A stretch of DNA of 64,000 nt from Eledone cirrhosa (lineage: Eukaryota): contig OZ024743.1 in the NCBI GenBank assembly GCA_964016885.1, positions 327,050,001-327,114,000 on the forward strand. Direction: 5' to 3'. A model generated the notes under the pieces. It was not told the origin of the DNA and made no database searches. It saw only the letters and a list, made by a program, of their open reading frames with translations. A program made the translations under genes and the position numbers. Within the stretch, counting starts at the first letter, position 1. Each line of letters starts with the position of its first letter. Positions 51,230 to 61,896 of this stretch are shown piece by piece.

Positions 51230-51660
51230 AAAGATTTGAATGGATACAGTTTAGTTGAAAGGAATTTATTGACACGTGTTTCTATAACAGTTACATAACC
51301 TAAAACAGCTATCTACAAACTTTTAGTTATGCAGACATTCAATATTTCAATGTTATTATTTACTGTCATTTCATCAGAATAATATTACTGAGGACCTATT
51401 TAGTTTTTATAGAGAATATTAGGAGGGAGGGGTGAAGTTGTTAGAAGAATAGTTGAAGGAGTGGTTTTTCGATAGCAGTGAGAATTCTTGGTGGCAGTGA
51501 GTAATTAGATTCCCATCTGTTGTTTTGACATTTTTTATAGAATATATTATTGGTTATTTTTCTAAATCTATAGAAGGATTAGAGATAGTGAAGATATGCG
51601 TGGTTGGTTTTGTGTTTGCACTTAATTAACATTCAGGCTTAAATTTTTCTTTCAAGTGTA
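51230..51660 (-). mobile_element. old Penelope-like 3' end with two degenerate hammerhead motifs
   Basis: Minus strand KKFKP-like ORF end, then CTGATGA-AATG..CATT-GAAATATT (51337-51380) and ...GAAACACGTGTC (51271-51282). Confidence 0.45.
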
Positions 51661-51689
51661 CGTATCCTTTCACCCACGCATTCACACAC

Positions 51690-51968
51690 AAATATATTTG
51701 CACACCTCTACAAAATACATATACACACAATTCACATATTCATACTTACATATATATACACATGCATACACATATATATACACACATGTATTCATGTACA
51801 TACATACGCGCTCATGTGTATACATTTTCATACTCAACTTATCTTTATATACACACGTATAGACACACACATATATACATACATACTCTAGTCCATGTGT
51901 ACACACATACACATACATACACATCCATATACACATATATACATACACATATATACATACACACATAC

Positions 51969-52014
<46 letters not shown>

Positions 52015-52170
52015 GCATACATACACAAACATACATATACACACATATACATATATATATATATATAAGCACTTTAATACATGAATACACTTACATCTAA
52101 CTATACACATCAAACATATATATATATTTACTTATTTATATACATTTTCACATATATATACATACTTATG
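51690..52170. repeat. (TA/CA)n low-complexity tract
   Basis: Direct inspection. Confidence 0.9.
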
Positions 52171-52194
52171 GACGTTTTTAGACACATTCATGAA

Positions 52195-52775
52195 TGTTGG
52201 TACGGTCACGTGATGCGCATGAAAGATGACAGCTGTGCAAGGCCATAAAAATAGACGGTAGCCACAGAGTAGACAGTCCCAGAAAAACCTGGGACGACTT
52301 GATAAATTCCGACCTCACACACTTACACCTCTGCAAGACAATGTCACTGGACCGAGATCTTTGGCGCTACACGGTTATACAGAAGACCCGCCTTGCCTAA
52401 GTACAAAGCAAAACCTACAGTCAGTAGGCACCTCTAACAAAAATACACCCCTGTCGCACTACCCCCATCCACACCACCCTCTCCAATGTAAAGTTATATT
52501 GGTACCACCACATCCAGTCCAAAACAAATGAAGCTGTGTAGGTGTCACGACAAAAATACACACGCAGTCCACGCTGTAATGTGGCCGTGTAGGTAACGCG
52601 GTAAAAACCTCCCAGTCCACACTGTAAACGTGGTTGGTGTTAGGAAGGGCATCCAGCCGTAGAAAACCCGCCAGACAGTCCTCTACAAGCAAGACAACCA
52701 ATCTTGCCTCAAGTGGGAAAACTCCCGTCCAAACCCATGCAAGCGTGGAAAATGGACGTTAAACGATGATGATGA
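52195..52775 (+). mobile_element. RTE (subfamily A) 3' end
   Basis: WYGHVMRMKDD, 3' UTR, (GAT)n tail running into (TA)n. Confidence 0.88.
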
Positions 52776-52953
52776 TATATATATATGTATATATATATAT
52801 GTATATATATATGTGTATATATATATATATGTATATACATATATGTATATACATATATATATGTAGATACATATGTGTATATATATATATGTATATACAT
52901 ATATATATATGTATATGTATATACATATATATATGAATATACATATATGTATA

Positions 52954-52984
<31 letters not shown>

Positions 52985-53077
52985 GTATATGTATATACAT
53001 ATATATATATGTATATGTATATACATATATATATGTATATACATATATGTATATATATATATATATATATACATATA
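52776..53077. repeat. (TA)n/(TATG)n microsatellite
   Basis: Direct inspection. Confidence 0.9.
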
Positions 53078-55740
53078 TGAGGACTATCCTCAGGAGAAAA
53101 ATATGGAAGCTAAAGGACCCCATAGCCAGAAATAAATTTCAAAGCAAATTACTTGACGCTTTCGACAGTAAGGAAGAGCAATTAGAGTCGTATAATATAG
53201 AGGAACAGTGGGAATTCCTGAGAGCAAACCTGCTGACGGCGGCAGACGAAGTCTGTGGCTGGAGCAGGCCTGTAGGTAGGAGGAGAGTAACATGGTGGTG
53301 GAACAGTAAGGTGGAGGAGTCAATTAAGGCCAAAAAGCAGGCTTGGAAAGTATGGCGGGATGGGGGAAGTAGAGAAGACTATCAAGTGGCCAGGAGGGAA
53401 GCTAGGAGACAAGTGTACTTCGCAAGAAGGGAAGCAGAGGAAAGAAAGTTCAAGCATGTTCTACAACGTGAGGACCAAAACGTGAGGTGTTCAGGATTGC
53501 CAGGCAATGTGTCAAGGAAAACCGTGATATTGTCGGGGAGAAGTGTGTACTTAACGATGATGGCATACTTGCCATCACCGACGCTGATAAGAAGGTAGCT
53601 TGGAAGTGTCACTACGAAAGGCTTCTAAATGAGGAGAACAAATGGGAGAAAGACAGTCTCCCCCAGATCGATCCAATAGAGGGACCAGCAGTGTTAGTTG
53701 AAGGTAGTATAATAAGTAAGGCAATCAAAGATATGAAGACGGGTAAGACGGCTGGGCCTTCGGAAATAGTTGCTGAGATGCTGAAGGCATCTGGTTCGGT
53801 GGGACACACCATGGTCACCCGGATAGTTAACCAAGTCGTACAGAATGGGGTTGTTCCGAAGGAATGGCGTAGCAGCATCATCGTTAACTGCTATAAGGGA
53901 AAAGGAGATGCCCTAGATAGGAGTAACTATAGAGGCATTAAATTAATCGACCAGGTCATGAAGGTCACGGAAAAAGTAATAGCGCAACTAATCAGAGAGA
54001 GAATTGATCTAGATGAAATGCAGTTCGGGTTTGTGTCAGGCAAAAGTACCACAGACGCTCTTTTCATTGTACGACAACTACAGGAGAAGTACCTAGCTAA
54101 AAGTAAACCCCTATACTTAGCTTTTGTCGACTTGGAGAAAGCCTTTGACAGAGTCCCCCGTTCCATTATCTGGTGGTCTCTTAGAAAACTAGGTGTTGAC
54201 GAATGGCTTGTGAGAGCTATACAAGCCATGTATAAAGAAACAGTCAGTAAGGTTAGAATTAACAACGAATATAGTGAAGAGTTTAGCGTAAAAGTTGGTG
54301 TCCATCAGGGCTCTGTACTTAGCCCCCTACTATTTATTATTGCCCTTCAGGCTATAACAGAGGAGTTCAAAACCGGCTGCCCATGGGAACTCCTATACGC
54401 AGATGATCTAACGCTCATAGCTGAATCAATGACCGAACTAGAGAAGAAATTCCAAACGTGGAAGCACGGCCTAGAATCAAAAGGCCTTAAAATTAACCTG
54501 GCTAAGACTAAAGTTCTAGTTTGTAGGAAAGAAAATAAGGCGGCGGTCCCATCGGGGAAATGGCCATGCTCAGTGTGTAGGAAAGGCGTAGGTAGAAACT
54601 CCATTTTATGTCCCAAATGCAAAGTATGGGTGCATAAAAGATGTAGTGGGATCACAGGTAAGCTAACTAAGAACATAGATTTTACATGTGGCCGGTGCTC
54701 TGGTGCAATAAGTAGCAGCAAGTGCCCACAAAATACTAGCTCCTTCAACTGCGCAGAGGGTTCTATAGAAATAGTGGACAGCTTCCGTTATCTGGGTGAC
54801 AAAATCAGCAGTGGGGGAGGGTGCTCTGAAAGTACAGTAGCTAGAGTCAGAACTGGATGGAAAAAGTTCAGAGAGCTTATACCACTATTAGCCGCTAGAG
54901 GGTTCTCCCTAAAAATGAAAGGCAGGTTATACGATGCCTGCATACGAACAGCAATGCTGCATGGCAGTGAGACCTGGGCATTGTGTGCAGAGGATATACG
55001 CAGACTAGAGAGGAACGAAGCTTGCATGCTCCGCTGGATGTGCAATAGTAATATACGTGAACGGCAAAGCATAAACGAACTAAGGAAAAAATTAGAAATA
55101 AGAGGGATCAGATGTTGTTTACTCGAGAGAAGGCTACGTTGATACGGTCACGTGATGCGCATGAAAGACGACAGCTGTATAACAAAGTGCAGGGCAATAA
55201 AGATAGACGGTAGCCACAGAGTAGGCAGACCCAGAAAAACATGGGACGAGCTGATAAATTCCGACCTCACACGCATACACCTCTCAAAGACAATGTCACT
55301 GGACCGAGACCTTTGGCGGTACTCAGTAATAGAGAAGACCCGCCTTACCTAAATACAAAGTAAAAACCTACTACAGTCAGTAGGCACCTCTATCAAAACA
55401 CACCCCCGTCCCACCACCTCCACCCCACCCACACCGCCCCTTTCAATGTAAAGTTATGTTGGTCCCACAACATCCAGGCCGAAACAAATGAGATCGTGTA
55501 GGTGTCACGACAAAAAACACACAGTCCACGCTGTAAATGTGGCCGTGTAGGCAACACGGTAAAAACCTCCCAGCCCCACACTGTAAATGTGGTTGGTGTT
55601 AGGAAGGGCATCCAACTGTAGAAAACCCGCCAGACAGTCCTATGCGAGCAAGACAACCACTCTTGCCTCAAGTGGGAAAACCCCCGTCCAAACCCATGCA
55701 AGCGTGGAACACGGACGCTAAACCTGATGATGATGATGAT
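53078..55740 (+). mobile_element. young RTE (subfamily A), 5'-truncated; 551-aa open RT plus PHD-like finger (53487-55142)
   Basis: All RT motifs in one frame; only a 1-bp deletion near 53480 and a TGG>TGA at 55140 interrupt it; complete 3' UTR and (GAT)n tail. Confidence 0.95.
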
Positions 55741-55773
55741 GTATATATATATATATATATATATACATATATG

Positions 55774-55836
<63 letters not shown>

Positions 55837-55842
55837 ATATAT

Positions 55843-56108
55843 ATCACCTTGATCACCTTGACCGACCAGTCTGTCGGGCGCCAATCGGCGCCGCTGGTCA
55901 CAGCACGTCGTGCTGTTTTAGCCATAAGATAATGCCATCCCACTGGCTGGGCGGGCAGGCCGGTACTCATTTCTACAGCTGAGTAAACTGGAGCAACATG
56001 AAATAAAGTGTCTTGGTCAAGGAAACAACACATCACCCGCTCCGAGAATTGAACTCACAACCTTTCGATTGCAAGCCCAATGCTATAACCACTAAGCCAT
56101 GCGCCTTC
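55843..56108 (-). mobile_element. tRNA-derived SINE (head H1, tail type 2)
   Basis: Same head as 10107-10446; GC-rich tail ending in (CAAGGTGAT)2; embedded in (TA)n. Confidence 0.85.
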
Positions 56109-56129
56109 ATATATATATATGTGTGTGTG

Positions 56130-56174
<45 letters not shown>

Positions 56175-56233
56175 GTGTGTATATATATATATGTGTGTAT
56201 ATATATATATATATATGTGTATATATATATATA

Positions 56234-56277
<44 letters not shown>

Positions 56278-56280
<3 letters not shown>

Positions 56281-56430
56281 TCATCATCATCATCATCATC
56301 AACGTTTAACGTCCGTGTTCCACGCTTGCATGGGTTTGGACGGGGGTAGTCCCACATGAGGCAAGAGTGATTGTCTTGCTCGCATAGGACTGTCTGGCAG
56401 GTTTTCTACAGTTGGATGCCCTTCCTAAAC
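56278..56430 (-). mobile_element. RTE (subfamily A) extreme 3' end
   Basis: Nearly identical to 20774-20915. Confidence 0.85.
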
Positions 56431-56604
56431 ATATGTGTGTATATATATATATATATGTGTATATATATATATATATATGTGTATATATATCTATATATAT
56501 GTGTGTATATATCTATATATATGTGTGTATATATCTATATATATGTGTGTATATATCTATATATATGTGTGTATATATCTATGTGTGTATATATATCTAT
56601 ACAT

Positions 56605-57366
56605 ATCATCATCATCATCACCGTTTTACGTCCGTTCTTCCACGCTAGCATGGGTTAGACGGGTTGTCCTGTTGTGTGCAGTGTCTGGTCGGCTGACCAT
56701 GCCTTGCTCATACAGGAACTGATCTGGCTTGATTTCTACAGCTGGATGCCCTTCCTAACACCAACCTCATTTACAGCGAGTGCTGGGTGCTTTTTCGTGG
56801 TGCCTACACGTCCACTTTACAGTGTGGGCTGGGTGCTTTTTTGCTGTGGCACCTCCACGACCACCTTGTGGTGGGGGGTGTGGGGGCATATTGTTTATAT
56901 GCTTCAGCATGTACCCATGGGAGGTCGGGTACTCTGTATTACTGCGTGACGCCAGAAGTCACGGTCGTGTGTCATTGTCTTTGAGAGATGTAGTTGGGTA
57001 AGGTCGGCTTTTATCACCTCATCCCAGGTCTTCTTGGGTCTCCCCACTCCGCGGTTTCCATCAACTTCTAGTGCTCTGCACCTTTTTATGCAGCTGTCAT
57101 CCTTCATACGCATCACATGTCCATACCAGCGCAACCGCCTCTCCTGCACACAGCATTTGATTCCTCTTATGCTCAGTCTCTCTCTCAATTCATTTATGCT
57201 TTGTCGTTCACGTATATTACTGTTACACATCCATCAGAGCATGCAGGCTTCGTTTCTCTCTAATCTACGTAAGTCTTCCACCTTCAGCGCCCAGGTCTCA
57301 CTACCATGCAACATCGCTGTTCGGATACACGCATCACACAGTCTGCCTTTCATTCTGAGGGAGAAG
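56605..57366 (-). mobile_element. RTE (subfamily B) 3' portion
   Basis: ORF 56904-57230 (RRLRWYGHVMR, GRPKKTW); tail CATCATCACCGTTTTACG. Confidence 0.9.
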
Positions 57367-57394
57367 TGTGTATATATATATATATATATACACA

Positions 57395-58668
57395 CAGGAT
57401 GATATTTGTTCACAATTTTTAACTGCTAATTTTATGCAAATTTTTTTTACTTCCGTTGTTACTCGTCTTCATGAAAACAGTGACTATATTTCCATTATTT
57501 ATTTTCAGAATAATTGATTATGAATAATTTTGAACCTCCAAATTTGTGGAAGAGATCCGGAGTTCTTCTTGGAATCCGTGCCAGGAGGACAAATAAGGAA
57601 ATTTCAGAGTTTCTCAGCGTCAGCAGTAGAATGGTGGAAAAGGTCAGAAAGGAATTGGAAGATTAAGGATTCGACTACGAAGCAACATCAGAGAGGAAAA
57701 CACATTATCGACGATCTGACGCCTTCAGAATGCCTGAGTTCATCGCTGAAGTTCAGGATATCATCAACAATGAACCTACCAAGTCGATGCATGCCAAGGG
57801 AGAAAGGCGTGGATGAAAAGCTCATTAGGCTGGTGGTACATGAAGATATTTGCTACGTTTCATACAAGATGAGGAAAGGACAATTTCTGTCAAAGGCAAT
57901 GCAAGAAAAGCGACTGAAGCACGCAAAGAAGCTGATCAACAAGTTGAAACACCCACTGGAGCCAGACATGCTGTGGTTTTTCTCCGATGAGAAAAACTTC
58001 TGCCAAGACCAGAAGATCAACTCCCAGAACAACAGGTGGCTCGCTGTCTCATCCAAAGACGTGCCCAGAGTCATGCAGACCAAGTTTCCAGCGACAACAT
58101 TGGTCTTAGGTGTCGTCATGCCACCTCACTTCTTCCCTGAGGGCCTCAAGCTGAACACCGATGGCTACATCCGCATTCTGAGCGAGGTAGTAAAGCACTA
58201 GATAGATCAGGTAGCTGCAGGTAGGCATTGCGTGTGGCAGCAAAACTCAGCGCCCTGCCATACCAGCCGAAAGACCCAAGCCTGGCTGTCAGAGAACTTC
58301 GTCAACCACACTTCACCTGACATCTGGCCTCCCAGCTCGCCTAACTGTAACCCCCTCGACTTCTGTGTGGAGCGCAATGGAACGAGACACCAACAGATCT
58401 AGCTGCAATACGAAAGACGATCTGAAGGCCAGGATCACAAGTGTGTTTAGGGGCCTAAATCGGGGGACAGTGACAAAGGCCTGTAGCCGGTTCCAAGGCC
58501 GCCTTGAAACCGTAATCAAAGCCAATGGCGGGTTTATCGAGTGAGATCGAAAGAACAAGTCATGAAGACAAACTGACCCAAGTTTGATAAATATATCTTA
58601 AAAAATAAAACTACTGTGTTATTTTTTCCTAGACAGTAATCTTGCGAACAAATATCGTCCGCACCCTG
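57395..58668 (+). mobile_element. maT (DD37D-type) Tc1/mariner transposon, transposase pseudogene
   Basis: TIRs CAGG..ATGATATTTGTTCACAA / TTGCGAACAAATATCGTCCGCACCCTG|TA; FSDEKNF, NSQNNRW, TKFPA, QQNSAPCH, WPPSSPNCNPLDF; stop at ~58544; in TA repeats. Confidence 0.88.
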
Positions 58669-58696
58669 TATATATATATATATATATATGTATATA

Positions 58697-60922
58697 ACAA
58701 CGTGAGGACCAAAAACGTGAGGTGTTCAGGATTGCTAGGCAATGTGTCAAGGAAATCCGTGATATTGTCGGGGAGAAGTGTATCCTTAATGATGATGGTA
58801 TGCTTGCCATCACAGACGCTGATAGGAAGGTAGCTTGGAAGTGTCACTACAAGAGGCTACTAAATGATGAGAATAAATGGGACAAAGATAGTCTGCCCCA
58901 CATCGATCCAATAAAGAGACCAGCAGTGCAAGTTGAAGGTAGTATAAGTAAGGCAATCAAAGATATGAAGACAGGTAAGGCAACTGTGCCTTCGGAGATA
59001 GTTGCTGAAATGCTGAAAGCATCTGGAACACGGTGGGACACACCATGGTTACACGGATAGTAAACCAAGTCATATAGAACGAGGCCATACCAAATGACTG
59101 TCGTAGCAGCATCATCATTCACTGCTAACTGCTACAAGGGTAAAGGAGATGCACTAGATAGGGGGAAACTATAGAGGCATTAAATTAATTGACCAGGTCA
59201 TGAAGGTCACCTAATCAAAGAGCAAATTGATCTAGACGAACTGCAGTTTGGGTTTGTGTCAGGTAAAAGTACCACAGACGCCCTTTTCCTTGTACGACAA
59301 CTATAGGAGAAGTACCTAGCTAAAAGTAAACCCCTCTACTTAGCTTTTGTTGACCTGGAGAAAGCCTTTGACAGGGTCCCCCGCCCCATTATCTGGTGGG
59401 CTCTTAGAAAACTAGGGGTTAATGAATGGCTTGTGAGAGCTATACAAGCCATGTATAAAGAAACAATCAGCAAGGTTAGAATTAACAACGAATATAGTGA
59501 AGAATTCAGCGTAAAAGTTGGTGTCCATCGGGGCTCTGTCCTTAGCCCCCTACTATTTATTATTGCCCTTCAGGCTATAACAGAGGAGTTCAAGACCGGC
59601 TGCCCGTGGGAACTTCTCTATGCAGACGATCTAACGCACATAGCTGAATCGATGGCTGAACTAGAGAAGAAATTCCAAACATGGAAGCATGGCCTAGAAT
59701 CAAAAGGCATTAATGTTAACCTGTCTAAGACTAAAGTTCTAGTATGTAGGAAGGAAAATAGGGCACAGGTCCTCTCTGGAAAATGGCCATGCTCAGTGTG
59801 TAGGAAAGGAGTAAGTAGAAATTCCATTTTATGTCTCAAATGCAAAGTATGGGTGCATAAAAAATGTAGTGGGATCACAGGTAAGCTATCTAAGAAAGTA
59901 CATTTTATATGTGGCCGGGGCTCAGGTGCAATAAGTAGCAAGTGCCCACAGGATACTAGCTCCTTCTATTGCCCAGATGGCTCTATAGAAATAGTGGACA
60001 GCTTCCGTTACCTGGGTGGCAAAATCAGCAATGGTGGAGGGTGCTCCGAAAGTACAGTAGCCAGAGTCAGAACAGGAAGGAAAAAGTTCAGAGAGCTTAT
60101 ACCACTATTGGCCGCTAAAGGTTTCTCTCTAAAAATGGAAGACAGACTGTATGATGCCTGCATATGAACAGCTATGTTACATGGCAGTGAGACATGGGCA
60201 TTGTGTGCAGAGGATCTGCACAGACTGGAGAGGAACAAAGCATGCATGTGCTGCTGGATGTGTAATAGTAATATACGTGAACAGCAAAGCATAAAGGAAC
60301 TAAGTGAGAAATTAGGTATAAGAGGGATCAGATGCTGTTTACTCGAGAGAAGACTACGTTGGTATGGTCACGTGATGCGCATGAAAGATGACAGCTGTAT
60401 AAAAAAGTGCAGGGCGATCAAAATTGACAGGACTTATGGAGTAGGTAGGCCCAGAAAAACATGGGACAATCTGATAAATTCCGACCTTACACACTTGCAC
60501 CTCTCTAAGACAATCTCACTCTTTGGCGCCACGCAGTAATACAGAAAACCCGCCTTGCCTTAGTACAAAGCGAAACCTACAGTCAGTAGGCACCTCTTAA
60601 TCAAATATACACCCCCTCCCACTACCCCTTTATCTGTAAAGTTATGTTGGTACCACAACAGCCAGTCCTAAATAAATGAGGTTGTGTAGGTGTCACAACA
60701 AAAAAACACACAGTCCACACTGTAATGTGGCCGTGTAGGTAACATGGTAAAAACCTCCCAGTCCACACTGTAAACGTGGTTGGTGTTAGGAAGGGCATCC
60801 AGACGTAGAAAACCTGCCAGACAGTCCCATACGAGCTAGACAACCAATCTTGCCTCAAGTGGGACAATTCCCGCCTAAACCCATTCTAGCGTGGAAGATA
60901 GACGTTAAACGATGATGATGAT
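58697..60922 (+). mobile_element. RTE (subfamily A), 5'-truncated
   Basis: ORFs 58722-59060, 59433-60167 and 60174-60539; 3' UTR and (GAT)n tail. Confidence 0.93.
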
Positions 60923-61000
60923 GTGTATATATATATATATGTGTGTGTATATATATAGAGTGTATATATATGGAGTATATATATATATGTGTATATAAAT

Positions 61001-61338
61001 GGAGGCACATGGCTTAGTGGTTAGAGCATTAGCCTTGCAATCGAAATGTTGTGAATTCAATTCTCAGACCGGGTGATGTGTTGTTTCCTGGAGCAAGACA
61101 CTTTATTTCACATTGCTCCAGTTTACTCAGCTGTAGAAATGAGATGATAGGGACTGGGGTCCATATCATTCCACTGCAAAGTGGTCGTGGAGGTGCCACG
61201 GCAAAAAAACACCCAGCACTCACTGTAAATGAGGTTGGTGTTAGGAAGGGCATCCAGCTGTAGAAATCAAGCCAGAATCAGTTCCCGTCCCACACTTGCA
61301 AGCAGGGAAAAGTGGACGTAAAATGAAATGATGATGAT
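61001..61338 (+). mobile_element. chimeric SINE: H1 tRNA head joined to RTE 3' UTR and tail
   Basis: 61001-61140 is the H1 head; ~61170-61282 is subfamily B 3' UTR; 61283-61338 is a subfamily C-like tail (CTTGCAAGCAGGGAAAAG.GGACGTAAAATG). Confidence 0.7.
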
Positions 61339-61349
61339 ATATGTGTATG

Positions 61350-61885
61350 TCCTCTGTAATACATACAACATCCCTCACTAGCTATGCTGATGACATAAAG
61401 GTAGCACAGGCAATCAAAAACCCGGCTGACGCTGCCCTTTTACAACAAGATCTGGATGCCATATACAAATGGGCAGAAGACAACAACATGCAGTTTAATG
61501 CTGGCAAATTCCAAGCCCTACAATACAAACCTGCAAACACAAATACAGTACAACAGTTACGCCGACCAGGAGGGACCGATATCCCCGTGTCAAAATCGAT
61601 ATGAGACCTGGGTATAGACATGAGCGATGATTCATATTTTTCCTCACACATCATGAAAGTGGCGATAATGTGCAGACGACTCGCTGGCTGGATCTGAAGG
61701 ACTTTCCGGACAAGAGACCAAGACACCATGTTGACACTATGGAGGACATTTGTCCTAAGCCGCCTGGACTATTGCTCCCAGTTGTGGTCACCCCATAGTG
61801 TCAAACTAACCACGGAGCTTGAGGCAATCAAGCAAAGCTACACCAAGAGGATTGCGACGAAGGAGATAAGCTACTGGGAGAGGAA
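61350..61885 (+). mobile_element. CR1-clade LINE RT C-terminal fragment (different family from 34995-36592)
   Basis: SYADDIK, LQQDLDAIYKWAEDNNMQFN, DLGI, RLDYCSQLWSP. Confidence 0.8.
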
Positions 61886-61896
61886 CTGAACCACTA

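Noticed and set aside
53487-55142. Domesticated or active RT gene
   Set aside because: 5'-truncated with no endonuclease, frameshift at ~53480 and premature stop at 55140; a young dead copy
46771-56722. Many Ile/Tyr-rich ORFs (YIYIYI...)
   Set aside because: Translations of (TA)n microsatellites, which lack stop codons; not genes
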